Below are positions 43,997-51,980 of a DNA stretch of 64,000 nucleotides, piece by piece. Each line of letters opens with the position of its first letter. Position 1 is the first letter of the stretch. Made by a program: the position numbers and the translations under genes. The stretch is from assembly GCA_963618155.1 (NCBI GenBank), contig CAVEQW010000036.1, forward strand, positions 10,038 through 74,037, in the 5' to 3' direction. Origin of the DNA: Alloprevotella sp. (GTDB taxonomy: Bacteria > Bacillota > Clostridia > Oscillospirales > Oscillospiraceae). A model generated the notes under the pieces. The model saw only the letters and a program-made list of their open reading frames with translations, did no database searches and was not told the DNA's origin.

Positions 43997-44868
43997 CCCT
44001 TGGTGCCTCCTCTCGAAACGCCGTCCATGATCTTTTTTCGGAAGACAAGGAAGAGGACGATCAGCGGCACGGATATGACCACGACCGCCGCCATCATGGC
44101 GGGGATATTCTCGCGGCCGAAGCCGTTTTCACGTATCTCCTGTATGCCGTTCGAGACAAGATAAAAGGCGGGATCGTCCGTGATGAGGCGCGGCCAGACA
44201 TAGCTGTTCCAGCACTCGATGATCTTCAGGATCGTGATGGTGACGACCGTGGGGCGGCAGATGGGGAGCATGACCCGCCAGAGATAGCGCCAGTCCGTGC
44301 AGCCGTCCACCCGCGCGGCGCGGTAGAGCTCGTCCGGTATCTGCTCGAAATTCTCCTTGAGCAGATAGATATAGAACACCGAGCTGACCGACGGCAGGAT
44401 GAGGCCGAGGAAGTGGTTGCGAAGGCCGAGGTCGGTGACGGTGACGAAGTTCGTGATGACGACAAGCTCATTCGGTATCATCATGAGCGAGAGGAAGAGC
44501 GTGAACACGAGCGATTTTCCGCGGAATTCAAGCCGCGCAAAGGCAAACGCCGCCGGGATCGTGACCACGAGCATGAGCGCCGTGGTCGCCAGCGTGAAGA
44601 GGAGCGTGTTGGCGAAGTAGCGGGCGAGCGGGACGGCCGTGAACGCCTCGGCATAATTCTCAAGCGTCGGCGCGAGGGTGAAGAAGCGGGGGATAAATTC
44701 GCTGTTGTAGGCGCCGTAGCCCTTGACGGAGGTCAGGAGCATCCAGTAAAACGGGAACAGCACCAGCAGCGCCCACAGCGTGAGCAGCAGATAGCAGGCC
44801 GTCTGCCGGAGCGCTCTGCGCGAGCGCTCGCGGCGTTCGAGCACCGCCGGGTCTATCGTGTTATTCAT
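43993..44868 (-). CDS. ABC sugar transporter permease (MalG/UgpE-like)
   Basis: 291 aa, 6 TM, with EAA loop ELYRAARVDGCTDWRYLWRVMLPICRP. It overlaps the downstream SBP start. Confidence 0.9.
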   Translation of the reverse strand: MNNTIDPAVLERRERSRRALRQTACYLLLTLWALLVLFPFYWMLLTSVKGYGAYNSEFIPRFFTLAPTLENYAEAFTAVPLARYFANTLLFTLATTALMLVVTIPAAFAFARLEFRGKSLVFTLFLSLMMIPNELVVITNFVTVTDLGLRNHFLGLILPSVSSVFYIYLLKENFEQIPDELYRAARVDGCTDWRYLWRVMLPICRPTVVTITILKIIECWNSYVWPRLITDDPAFYLVSNGIQEIRENGFGRENIPAMMAAVVVISVPLIVLFLVFRKKIMDGVSRGGTKG

Positions 44869-44882
44869 AGCGCGTCACCCCC

Positions 44883-45773
44883 TCACAGCCTTGCGTTTTT
44901 ATGGCTGGCCAAAAGATTGATGCAGGTGATGGTCAGCACGATGGCGAACAGGATGAGCGCCGCCGCCGAGGCATAGGACGGCCAGCCGCCGCTGTCGCCG
45001 TAGAGCATATCGTAGACATAGCCGACGATGGTGTTCATGCCGGCGGCATTGAGATCCGTCCCGAACAGCGCCACCGCGTCGCTGTAGGCCTTGAACGCGC
45101 CGATGAAGCCCGTGATGACGAGGTAGATGAGCATGGGCGCGATCATGGGCAGCGTGATGCGGACAAATACGCGCCCCCGCGGCGTGCCGTCGATCTGCGC
45201 GGCGCGGTAGTACACGGGATCGACCGAGGCGAGGGCGCTCGTGAGTACCAGCACCTTGAACGGCAGTACGACCCAGATCGTATAAAAGCAGAGCACGAAC
45301 AGCTTTGCCCAGTAGGGGCCGTCGATGAAATCCACGGTCTCGCCGCCGAATGCGGCGATGAGCAGGTTCACAAGCCCGTCGGAATACGGCGTTTTCTTAA
45401 AAAGTATCATGAACACCAGCCCCACGGCGAGCGTGTTGGTGACGTAGGGCAGGAAGAAGATAGTCTGATACAGCTCGCGCAGCCGCCGTATAGATGTGAG
45501 CGCCAGCGAAATGAGCAGCGCCAGCCCTGTGGAGAGCGGGACGGTGATGACGACGAGCAGGAAGGTGTTTTTGACCGCCTGGAGGAAATAGGGGTCATGC
45601 AGAACGTAGGAGTAGTTGTAAAGCCCCGTGCCGAAATAGCTCTGCGAGGCGAAGTTATAGCCCTCCTCCAGCGAGTAGATGAGCACGTCGATGAGCGGGT
45701 AGACCATGAACGCGCCCAGAAAGGCGATGGCCGGAAGCAGATAGAGCCATGCCTTGCCGCTTTTTCCGCTCAT
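44883..45773 (-). CDS. ABC sugar transporter permease (MalF/UgpA-like)
   Basis: 296 aa, 6 TM, with EAA loop VYYRAAQIDGTPRGRVFVRITLPMIAP. Confidence 0.9.
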   Translation of the reverse strand: MSGKSGKAWLYLLPAIAFLGAFMVYPLIDVLIYSLEEGYNFASQSYFGTGLYNYSYVLHDPYFLQAVKNTFLLVVITVPLSTGLALLISLALTSIRRLRELYQTIFFLPYVTNTLAVGLVFMILFKKTPYSDGLVNLLIAAFGGETVDFIDGPYWAKLFVLCFYTIWVVLPFKVLVLTSALASVDPVYYRAAQIDGTPRGRVFVRITLPMIAPMLIYLVITGFIGAFKAYSDAVALFGTDLNAAGMNTIVGYVYDMLYGDSGGWPSYASAAALILFAIVLTITCINLLASHKNARL

Positions 45774-45776
45774 GTC

Positions 45777-46865
45777 TCAGCCCTCCGCCCGGCGGCCGTC
45801 AAGCTCGAAGATATGCAGCTTGTCGGGACGCAGGGTGAAGCGCACTTCCTGTGCGCCGGCGCTTGGCTGCTTATCCGCCGGGACGATGGCGCGGAGCGTC
45901 CCGCCCTGTGCCGCCGGGTGCGCCGCGACGACGCTGGTGTCGCGCCCCATGACCTCCACGGCGCGCAGCGCGGTGTGCAGCGGCCCGTTTTCATCCGGCG
46001 TAAGCCCCTCCGGCCGGATCCCGACGATAACGGCCCTGTCACGCCGTCCGGGGACATCCAGCACCGTGTCGCCGCCGAGCAGCAGCTGCCCGCTGCGGAT
46101 CTCGCCGTCCAGAACGTTGATGGGCGGCGTGCCGAGGAATCTGGCGACAAAGAGGTTCTCCGGCGCGTCGTATACCTCCTGCGGGCGGCCGAGCTGCTGC
46201 ACCGTGCCCTCGTTCATCACGACGATATGGTCGGAGATGCTCATGGCCTCCTCTTGGTCGTGGGTGACGAACACCGTGGTGATGCCCGTCTCGCGCTGGA
46301 GGCGGCGCAGCTCCTCGCGGGTCTGCAGGCGCAGCCGTGCGTCCAGATTGGAGAGCGGCTCGTCGAGCAGCAGCACGCGGGGACGCTTGACGAGCGCCCG
46401 TGCAATGGCAACGCGCTGCTGCTGGCCGCCGGAGAGCTCCGCCGGACGGCGCTCCATGAGCGCGTCGATCTGGACAAGCCTTGCGGCCTCGAGCACGCGG
46501 CGTTCCATCTCCGCCTTGTCGAGCCGCGCCGCGCCGCGCAGGTTCTGGAGCGGGAAGAGGATGTTCTGGCGCACCGTCATGTGCGGATACAGCGCGTAGC
46601 TCTGGAACACGAGCCCCACCCCCCGCACATCCGGCGGCAGCTCCGTCACATCGTCGTCCCCGAAGAGCACGCGCCCCGCCGTGGGCTTTTCCAGCCCGCA
46701 GATAAGGTTGAGCGTGGTGCTCTTGCCGCAGCCGGACGGCCCCAGCAGCCCGACCATCTCGCCGTCCGGTATCTCAAAATCGAGCGCCTGCACGGCGACG
46801 ACCTCCTCGCCGCGCTTTCCCCGTGCGGGAAATTTTTTCGTCAGACCCCGCAGCACGACCTTCAT
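45777..46865 (-). CDS. ABC sugar transporter ATP-binding protein (MsmX/MalK/UgpC-like)
   Basis: Start MKVVLRGLTKKF at 46865 follows gaggtgg. Walker A GPSGCGKST, signature LSGGQQQR, Walker B LLLDEPLSNLD, and a C-terminal TOBE-like domain. Confidence 0.9.
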   Translation of the reverse strand: MKVVLRGLTKKFPARGKRGEEVVAVQALDFEIPDGEMVGLLGPSGCGKSTTLNLICGLEKPTAGRVLFGDDDVTELPPDVRGVGLVFQSYALYPHMTVRQNILFPLQNLRGAARLDKAEMERRVLEAARLVQIDALMERRPAELSGGQQQRVAIARALVKRPRVLLLDEPLSNLDARLRLQTREELRRLQRETGITTVFVTHDQEEAMSISDHIVVMNEGTVQQLGRPQEVYDAPENLFVARFLGTPPINVLDGEIRSGQLLLGGDTVLDVPGRRDRAVIVGIRPEGLTPDENGPLHTALRAVEVMGRDTSVVAAHPAAQGGTLRAIVPADKQPSAGAQEVRFTLRPDKLHIFELDGRRAEG

Positions 46866-46925
46866 ATCCGTCCACCTCGCATCCGCCGTGCAGGACACGG
46901 CGTTTTTTGCCAACTATTTTATCAT

Positions 46926-46954
46926 TTTATGCCCCCGCTTTCAAGCGCTTCGAG
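46926..46954 (-). promoter_or_regulatory. Sigma-A-type promoter with extended -10 for the sugar ABC operon
   Basis: The minus strand reads TTGAAA (46954-46949), a 17-nt spacer, then TGaTAAAAT (-10 at 46931-46926). Confidence 0.55.
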
Positions 46955-46983
46955 CCGCATCTCCGGTAAAAAAGATGCGCCCC

Positions 46984-47036
46984 TTGACAAAGTGCGGCGC
47001 AGGGCGTATCATGCGAGTGGTTAGACTTGTCTAACC
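46984..47036 (+). promoter_or_regulatory. Promoter plus perfect palindromic operator upstream of the CopZ-like gene
   Basis: TTGACA (46984-46989), a 17-nt spacer, then TATCAT (47007-47012). The palindrome GGTTAGAC-tt-GTCTAACC at 47019-47036 overlaps the expected transcription start. Confidence 0.6.
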
Positions 47037-47055
47037 GAAAACCGACAAGGAGGCC

Positions 47056-47316
47056 GTGAGCATGACAGAGACGGTTTTGAAAATCGAAGGCATGGCCTGC
47101 GGGATGTGCGAGAGCCACGTCAACGACGCGGTGCGCCGCGAGTTCTCCGTGCGCAAGGTGTCGTCCTCACACAGCAAGGGCGAGACGCGCATCGAGTCCG
47201 ACGAGCCGCTGGACGAGGCGGCGCTGCGCCGCGTGATCGACGCGACGGGCTATCAGGTCCTCAGCGTGGAGAGCCATCCCTTTGAGAAAAAGGGGCTGTT
47301 CGGCCGCCGAAAATAA
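47056..47316 (+). CDS. Heavy-metal-associated (HMA) domain protein, CopZ-like metallochaperone
   Basis: 86 aa. LKIEGMACGMCESHV carries the GMxCxxC metal-binding motif. RBS is aaggagg. Confidence 0.85.
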   Translation: MSMTETVLKIEGMACGMCESHVNDAVRREFSVRKVSSSHSKGETRIESDEPLDEAALRRVIDATGYQVLSVESHPFEKKGLFGRRK

Positions 47317-47335
47317 GGCCGGACGCCGGTGTATG

Positions 47336-47375
47336 AAAAACGACCCGCTTCCCTTGTGTGTGGGGGAGGCGGGTC
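47336..47375 (-). terminator. Intrinsic terminator after coaX
   Basis: The minus strand has gacccgcctcccc...gggaagcgggtc as an imperfect GC stem, followed by gttttt. Confidence 0.6.
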
Positions 47376-47387
47376 AAAATTATCGGC

Positions 47388-48152
47388 TTACTTCGTGTTT
47401 TTCTCCGCGAGGAGCGCCATGCCGCGGAAGACGAGGTGCTCGTCGTATACGACGCTGCGGCGGCAATAGGGCGCGATATAGCGGCCGAGGCCGCCGGTGG
47501 CGACGGCGGTGCAGGGGCGGTCAAGCTCGGCCTCGATGCGCTCGATGATGCCGTCGGTCATGGCGGCGGCGCCGTATACCGCACCGGCGCAGAGCGCGTC
47601 CGCCGTCTCGGTGGCGAGGACGCTGCCGGGGGCGGTCAGGTCGATGGCGGGAAGCTGAGCCGTGCCGCTGGCCAGCGCGCGCAGCGAGAGCTTGATGCCG
47701 GCCATGAACACGCCGCCGCGGTAGATATGCTGCTCGTCCACGACCGTCACGGTGGTGGCGCTGCCGTAGTCGAGCACGATGACGGGCAGCGGGTAGAGCG
47801 CCGCAGCCGCCGCGTCGGCGGCGATGATGTCCGCGCCGAGCGTCTCCGGCTGGCCGATGGCGAGGGTGAGCCCGGAATCGAGGGCGGCGCTGACGGTGAG
47901 CGCGTCAAGTCCTGTGGCCTCCCGGATGGCATCGTGCAGCGTCCCGGTCAGCGCGGGCACGACGGAGCAGAGCACGGCGGTCTTTGGCGCGGACATATCC
48001 GTCCGCTTGAGAAAGGCGGCAAGATCCGCCGCGTATTGCGGGGCGCTGCGCTCGCGGTCGGAGAGGATGCGCAGGGCTTCGCCCACGGGCTCGCCGTTCC
48101 GCAGGACGGCGACGACGATGTTGGTATTGCCTATATCAACGGCGAGAAGCAT
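47388..48152 (-). CDS. coaX: Type III pantothenate kinase
   Basis: 254 aa. N-terminus MLLAVDIGNTNIVVAV is followed by DYGSATT and ATGGL motifs. Confidence 0.92.
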   Translation of the reverse strand: MLLAVDIGNTNIVVAVLRNGEPVGEALRILSDRERSAPQYAADLAAFLKRTDMSAPKTAVLCSVVPALTGTLHDAIREATGLDALTVSAALDSGLTLAIGQPETLGADIIAADAAAAALYPLPVIVLDYGSATTVTVVDEQHIYRGGVFMAGIKLSLRALASGTAQLPAIDLTAPGSVLATETADALCAGAVYGAAAMTDGIIERIEAELDRPCTAVATGGLGRYIAPYCRRSVVYDEHLVFRGMALLAEKNTK

Positions 48153-48168
48153 ACAAAGGCCCCTCCTA

Positions 48169-48744
48169 TTACTGCTTTTGACGGAAGCGGATCAGACGCT
48201 CCGCCGCCGGTGCAAGGATCATATCGACCGCAAGCTCCAGCAGGAAATTCACGCCGACCATGCCGACGATCATATACGCGCCCGCATGGGCGAAGCCGGC
48301 GGCAGCCGCCCAGTCGCAGATGGTCTCCCAGAAGAAGAGACGGCAGCCGATGAGAAAAACGCCCGTATTCACGACGGGTGCGGCGACGGCGGCGAGCAGT
48401 ATGCCCCAGAACGGGTGCGTTTTCGCCAGCGCCCTGTAGCAAAGCCCGGCGGCGAGGCCGCAGCCGATGCCCTTGAGCAGGACGGTGAGGATGGTGCCCG
48501 CAGGGCTGATGGCGAGAAAGAGACTCGCATCGCCGGTCAGCAGCACGGTCAGGCCGAACACGAGGCCAAGCCAGCAGCCGATCTGCCAGCCGTACAGAGC
48601 CGCGCCGACAACGATGGGGAGCAGCACCAGCGAGATGGAAAAGGGTCCGAAGTGGATCGCCCCGCCGATGAACTGCAGCACCACGACGATGGCGGCAAAC
48701 AGGCCGCCGCCCACGATGGTACGGGTCGAACGATTCATATTCAA
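48169..48744 (-). CDS. ECF transporter S component (possibly pantothenate-specific, PanT-like)
   Basis: 191 aa with about 6 TM and an ECF S-component-like N-terminus (TRTIVGGGLFAAIVVVLQFI). It lies immediately upstream of coaX. The substrate is inferred from context only. Confidence 0.6.
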   Translation of the reverse strand: MNMNRSTRTIVGGGLFAAIVVVLQFIGGAIHFGPFSISLVLLPIVVGAALYGWQIGCWLGLVFGLTVLLTGDASLFLAISPAGTILTVLLKGIGCGLAAGLCYRALAKTHPFWGILLAAVAAPVVNTGVFLIGCRLFFWETICDWAAAAGFAHAGAYMIVGMVGVNFLLELAVDMILAPAAERLIRFRQKQ

Positions 48745-48904
48745 TTACCTCCACTGCCGCTTCGCCCTCATGACGAATGCAGCGTGTTATTTTTCCCGGC
48801 CCTAGCCGGTTTCAATAAAATATCACAGAACGCAAAAAAGTTAAAGAGGAAATTTCACAATTTCCGCAGGAAAAGCCCGTTTTTCTGCGCTGCGGGCGCA
48901 CAAA

Positions 48905-48932
48905 GCCGCCGACCGTTGCGCCGGACGGCGGC
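48905..48932 (-). terminator. Possible terminator after the GHMP kinase gene
   Basis: The minus strand has an 11-bp stem with one mismatch (gccgccgtccg/cggtcggcggc), followed by only ttt. Confidence 0.35.
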
Positions 48933-48954
48933 CTGGGATGCGGAAAATGTGTTT

Positions 48955-50070
48955 TCAGGCGTTGGCTGTATCGTCTATGCGGCCGGCGCCTTTTTTGCGT
49001 ATGTGTACCGGCTGGCAGCTTCCCGCGCCGAAAAAGGCGTCCATCGCCGCCGTATACGGCTCCAGAAGCTCCTCCGGCATGAGCGCCTGTACGCAGCCGA
49101 CAAAGCCGCCGCCGTGGACGCGCCATGCGCCGCGTCCGTCCAGCAGCCGCGCCGAGAGCGCAAGCCCTGTGGCCAGCCCCTCGCCGCAGGCGGGATCGAT
49201 AATGTTTTTGAGAAGCTGCTCCGAGCTGCGCCCGGACTCGTTCATGAGCTCCATATAGCGCTCGCCGTCGTGCAGACCGAGCGCGTCGGCCATGGACGCG
49301 GCGCGGCGGCATTCGTCGAAGAAGTGGCGGGCGCGCATCCAGGGAAGCTCGCCCTTGTGGGCGAGCCACTGCTCGTCGAAGTCTGCGGGCCGCACCTTGG
49401 CGAGCCAGCGCTGGCCGAATGTCCGCGCCACGGCGCTCATATCCTCCGTGATCTGGGCATAGGCCGCCTGGGCGCCGGTCTGGCTCCCGCCGGTGTCCGT
49501 CAGGCACATCGCAAGCCCCATGCCGGCGAAATCGCAGTCCATGCGGATGATCTTGGAGTTGAGGAAGTCGACATAGATCGCGCCGCCCATGGCGCAGGCG
49601 AGCTGGTCAAGCAGGCCGCTCGGCTTGCCGAACCAGCGGTTCTCCGCCTTGCGCGCGGCCTTGGCAAGCTCCTCCGGCGCGAAGAACGCGCCCTCGGCGA
49701 ATTCGGATATCATGCAGCCGATCAGCACCGAGAACGCCGCCGAGGCGCTCAGACCGCGGCCGCTGGGCAGATGGCTGACGACATAGGCGTCGAAGCCGCG
49801 AAGCTCCTCCGCACCCTCCGTCAGACTCGCCGCCACGCCGCGCACCAGCGCCGCCGGCGTACCGGCCTCCGCCTCGTCCGGCCAGAGCTTGTCCAGATCG
49901 ACGACGACCGGGTCATAGCCCTCGGAGGAGATGCGCAGAAGGCGGGTGCCGTTCGGCTCGGCCTCGGCATACATGCCCTGCTCTGCGGCGGCGGCCATGG
50001 CGCGGCCCTTCTGGTGGTCGGTATGGTTTCCGGCCAGCTCGACCCGGCCGGGACTGAAGAATCGGATCAT
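48955..50070 (-). CDS. GHMP-family sugar kinase (galactokinase-like)
   Basis: The start at 50070 is MIRFFSPGRVELAGNHTDHQKG, a galactokinase-signature variant. The GHMP motif is PSGRGLSASAAF and HGGGFVG lies near the C-terminus. The upstream 86 aa of ORF 50328 overlap the transketolase gene. Confidence 0.78.
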   Translation of the reverse strand: MIRFFSPGRVELAGNHTDHQKGRAMAAAAEQGMYAEAEPNGTRLLRISSEGYDPVVVDLDKLWPDEAEAGTPAALVRGVAASLTEGAEELRGFDAYVVSHLPSGRGLSASAAFSVLIGCMISEFAEGAFFAPEELAKAARKAENRWFGKPSGLLDQLACAMGGAIYVDFLNSKIIRMDCDFAGMGLAMCLTDTGGSQTGAQAAYAQITEDMSAVARTFGQRWLAKVRPADFDEQWLAHKGELPWMRARHFFDECRRAASMADALGLHDGERYMELMNESGRSSEQLLKNIIDPACGEGLATGLALSARLLDGRGAWRVHGGGFVGCVQALMPEELLEPYTAAMDAFFGAGSCQPVHIRKKGAGRIDDTANA

Positions 50071-50074
50071 TGCA

Positions 50075-51010
50075 TCATTTGCGGCCGGCCGCTTTCCGGA
50101 TTGCCGCCGCCACGGCCGCCGCGTCCAGCCCGTAGCGCGCGAGCAGTGCGTCATACTTGCCGGACTGGGTGAAGCAGTCGTGTATGCCGACGAACTCCGT
50201 CGGCGCGCCGGCGCCGGCGCCCGCCAGAACCTCGGCCACGGCGCTGCCCGCGCCGCCGTAGATCTGGTGCTCCTCGGCGACCACGCAGCAGCCCGTCTCG
50301 CGGGCGCAGCGGATGATCGTCTCCGCATCGATGGGCTTCACGGAGAGCAGGTCGACGACTCGGACGCTGATGCCCTCGGCGGCGAGCGTCTCCGCCGCCT
50401 CCAGTGCCTTATGCACGAGAATGCCGATGGCGAAGACGGTGCAGTCCGTGCCCTCGCGGACGAGCTTGGCCTTTCCAAGCTCAAAACGCTCCCCGGCGGG
50501 GTAGAGGTCGGGGTATTCCGTGCGGCTGAGGCGCAGATAGACGGGACCCGGGTTTTCCGCCGCCCAGCGCGTCGCCCAGCGCGTGGACTCCGCGTCCGAG
50601 GGGACGAGGATGCGCATATTCGGCAGCGAACGCATGGCCGCAATGTCCTCGGTCGCGTGGTGGGTCGCGCCGTCCAGCGCGTCGGACATACCGCAGTACG
50701 CCCCGGCGAGCTTGACGTTCAGGTTCGCATAGCAGACCTGCGCCCGCGCGGCGATGAGGCCGATGGTCGTGAGGAAGACGGTGAAGGTGTTGACGAAGGG
50801 GATCTTGCCGACGCTGGCGAGTCCTGCCGCGCAGGAGACCATATCGCTCTCGGCGATGCCCATGTTGAAGAAGCGCTCGGGGAATTTCTGCCCAAAGACC
50901 TTGGACTTTGTCGAGCCGGACAGATCGGCGTCCAGCGCCACGATGTCGGGGTATTCCGCGCCGAGCTCCGCGAGCGTCTGGCCGTATATGTCACGAATGG
51001 AGCTTCCCAT
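50075..51010 (-). CDS. Transketolase, C-terminal (pyrimidine-binding) subunit
   Basis: The start at 51010 (MGSSIRDIYGQTL...) overlaps the N-subunit stop as ATGA. Motif FFNMGIAESDMVSCAAGLA is present. Confidence 0.9.
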   Translation of the reverse strand: MGSSIRDIYGQTLAELGAEYPDIVALDADLSGSTKSKVFGQKFPERFFNMGIAESDMVSCAAGLASVGKIPFVNTFTVFLTTIGLIAARAQVCYANLNVKLAGAYCGMSDALDGATHHATEDIAAMRSLPNMRILVPSDAESTRWATRWAAENPGPVYLRLSRTEYPDLYPAGERFELGKAKLVREGTDCTVFAIGILVHKALEAAETLAAEGISVRVVDLLSVKPIDAETIIRCARETGCCVVAEEHQIYGGAGSAVAEVLAGAGAGAPTEFVGIHDCFTQSGKYDALLARYGLDAAAVAAAIRKAAGRK

Positions 51011-51834
51011 CAGATCGCACCTCCCAGTTCCTGCATTGCCTTGGCAAAGCTGGCGTCGTCGATGGCCTTGCCGTGCCATCCGGCCTGTCCCTCCATGAAG
51101 GATACGCCCTTGCCCTTGATCGTGTCCGCGATGAGGACGGTGGGGCCGGCGGTATACGCCTCGGCCGCGTCCAGCGCCTTGTTGAGGCTGCGCAGATCGT
51201 GGCCGTCGCAGCGGATGACGTGCCAGCCGAAGGCTGCCCACTTGGCCTCGAGATCGCGCAGCGGCATGATCTCGTCCGTCGTGCCGTCGAGCTGGACCTT
51301 ATTGTAGTCCACGATGGCGCAGAGGTTGGAAAGCGCAAATTTTGCGGCGGAGGCGGCGGCCTCCCAGACCGCGCCCTCGTCCAGCTCGCCGTCGCCGAGC
51401 AGGGCATAGACCCGCGCCCCGGAGCCGTTGAGCCGCAGACCGAGCGCCATGCCCTGCGCTGCGGCAAGGCCGATGCCGAGCGGGCCGGAGGGCATATCCA
51501 CGCCCGGCGTATGCGGGCTGGGGTGTCCCTGCGCCGGACTGTCGATGGCGCGCAGCGCCGCAAGCCCCTCGGCGGGCATGAAGCCCTTTTCCACGAGGTT
51601 GCGGTAGAGCATGGGCGCGGCGTGTCCCTTGCAGAGCACAAAGCGGTCGCGGCCGGGGTCGTCCGGGGCGGGGACGTGCATACGGTGCTGATACAGCAGC
51701 GTCATGATCTCACAGGCCGAGAGGCTCCCGCCGGGGTGGCCGGACTGGGCGGCGTGGATGGCCGTGAGCACATCTATGCGGAAGCGGCGGCAAAGCGCCT
51801 CCAGCTCCCGCTGCCTTTCCATGGTCAGTTCCAT
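51010..51834 (-). CDS. Transketolase, N-terminal (TPP-binding) subunit
   Basis: SGHPGGSLS, GHAAPMLY and the GDGELDEG TPP motif are present. The start is taken at MELTMERQ (51834). Confidence 0.9.
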   Translation of the reverse strand: MELTMERQRELEALCRRFRIDVLTAIHAAQSGHPGGSLSACEIMTLLYQHRMHVPAPDDPGRDRFVLCKGHAAPMLYRNLVEKGFMPAEGLAALRAIDSPAQGHPSPHTPGVDMPSGPLGIGLAAAQGMALGLRLNGSGARVYALLGDGELDEGAVWEAAASAAKFALSNLCAIVDYNKVQLDGTTDEIMPLRDLEAKWAAFGWHVIRCDGHDLRSLNKALDAAEAYTAGPTVLIADTIKGKGVSFMEGQAGWHGKAIDDASFAKAMQELGGAI

Positions 51835-51898
51835 AAAAACGATGTCTCCTTTGGCGGCATATACAAAATGCCATGATAACACAGCCTGTATTATATAA

Positions 51899-51927
51899 TT
51901 GCTTTATTTGCAAATCAACGCTATAAT
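51899..51927 (+). promoter_or_regulatory. Sigma-A-type promoter for pncB
   Basis: TTGCTT (51899-51904), a 17-nt spacer, then TATAAT (51922-51927). The dyad TGTAA-N6-TTACA follows at 51929-51944. Confidence 0.6.
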
Positions 51928-51980
51928 ATGTAACCGAGATTACAAATGAGAAACGAATCCGATCCGGGAGGCGGTTTTAT

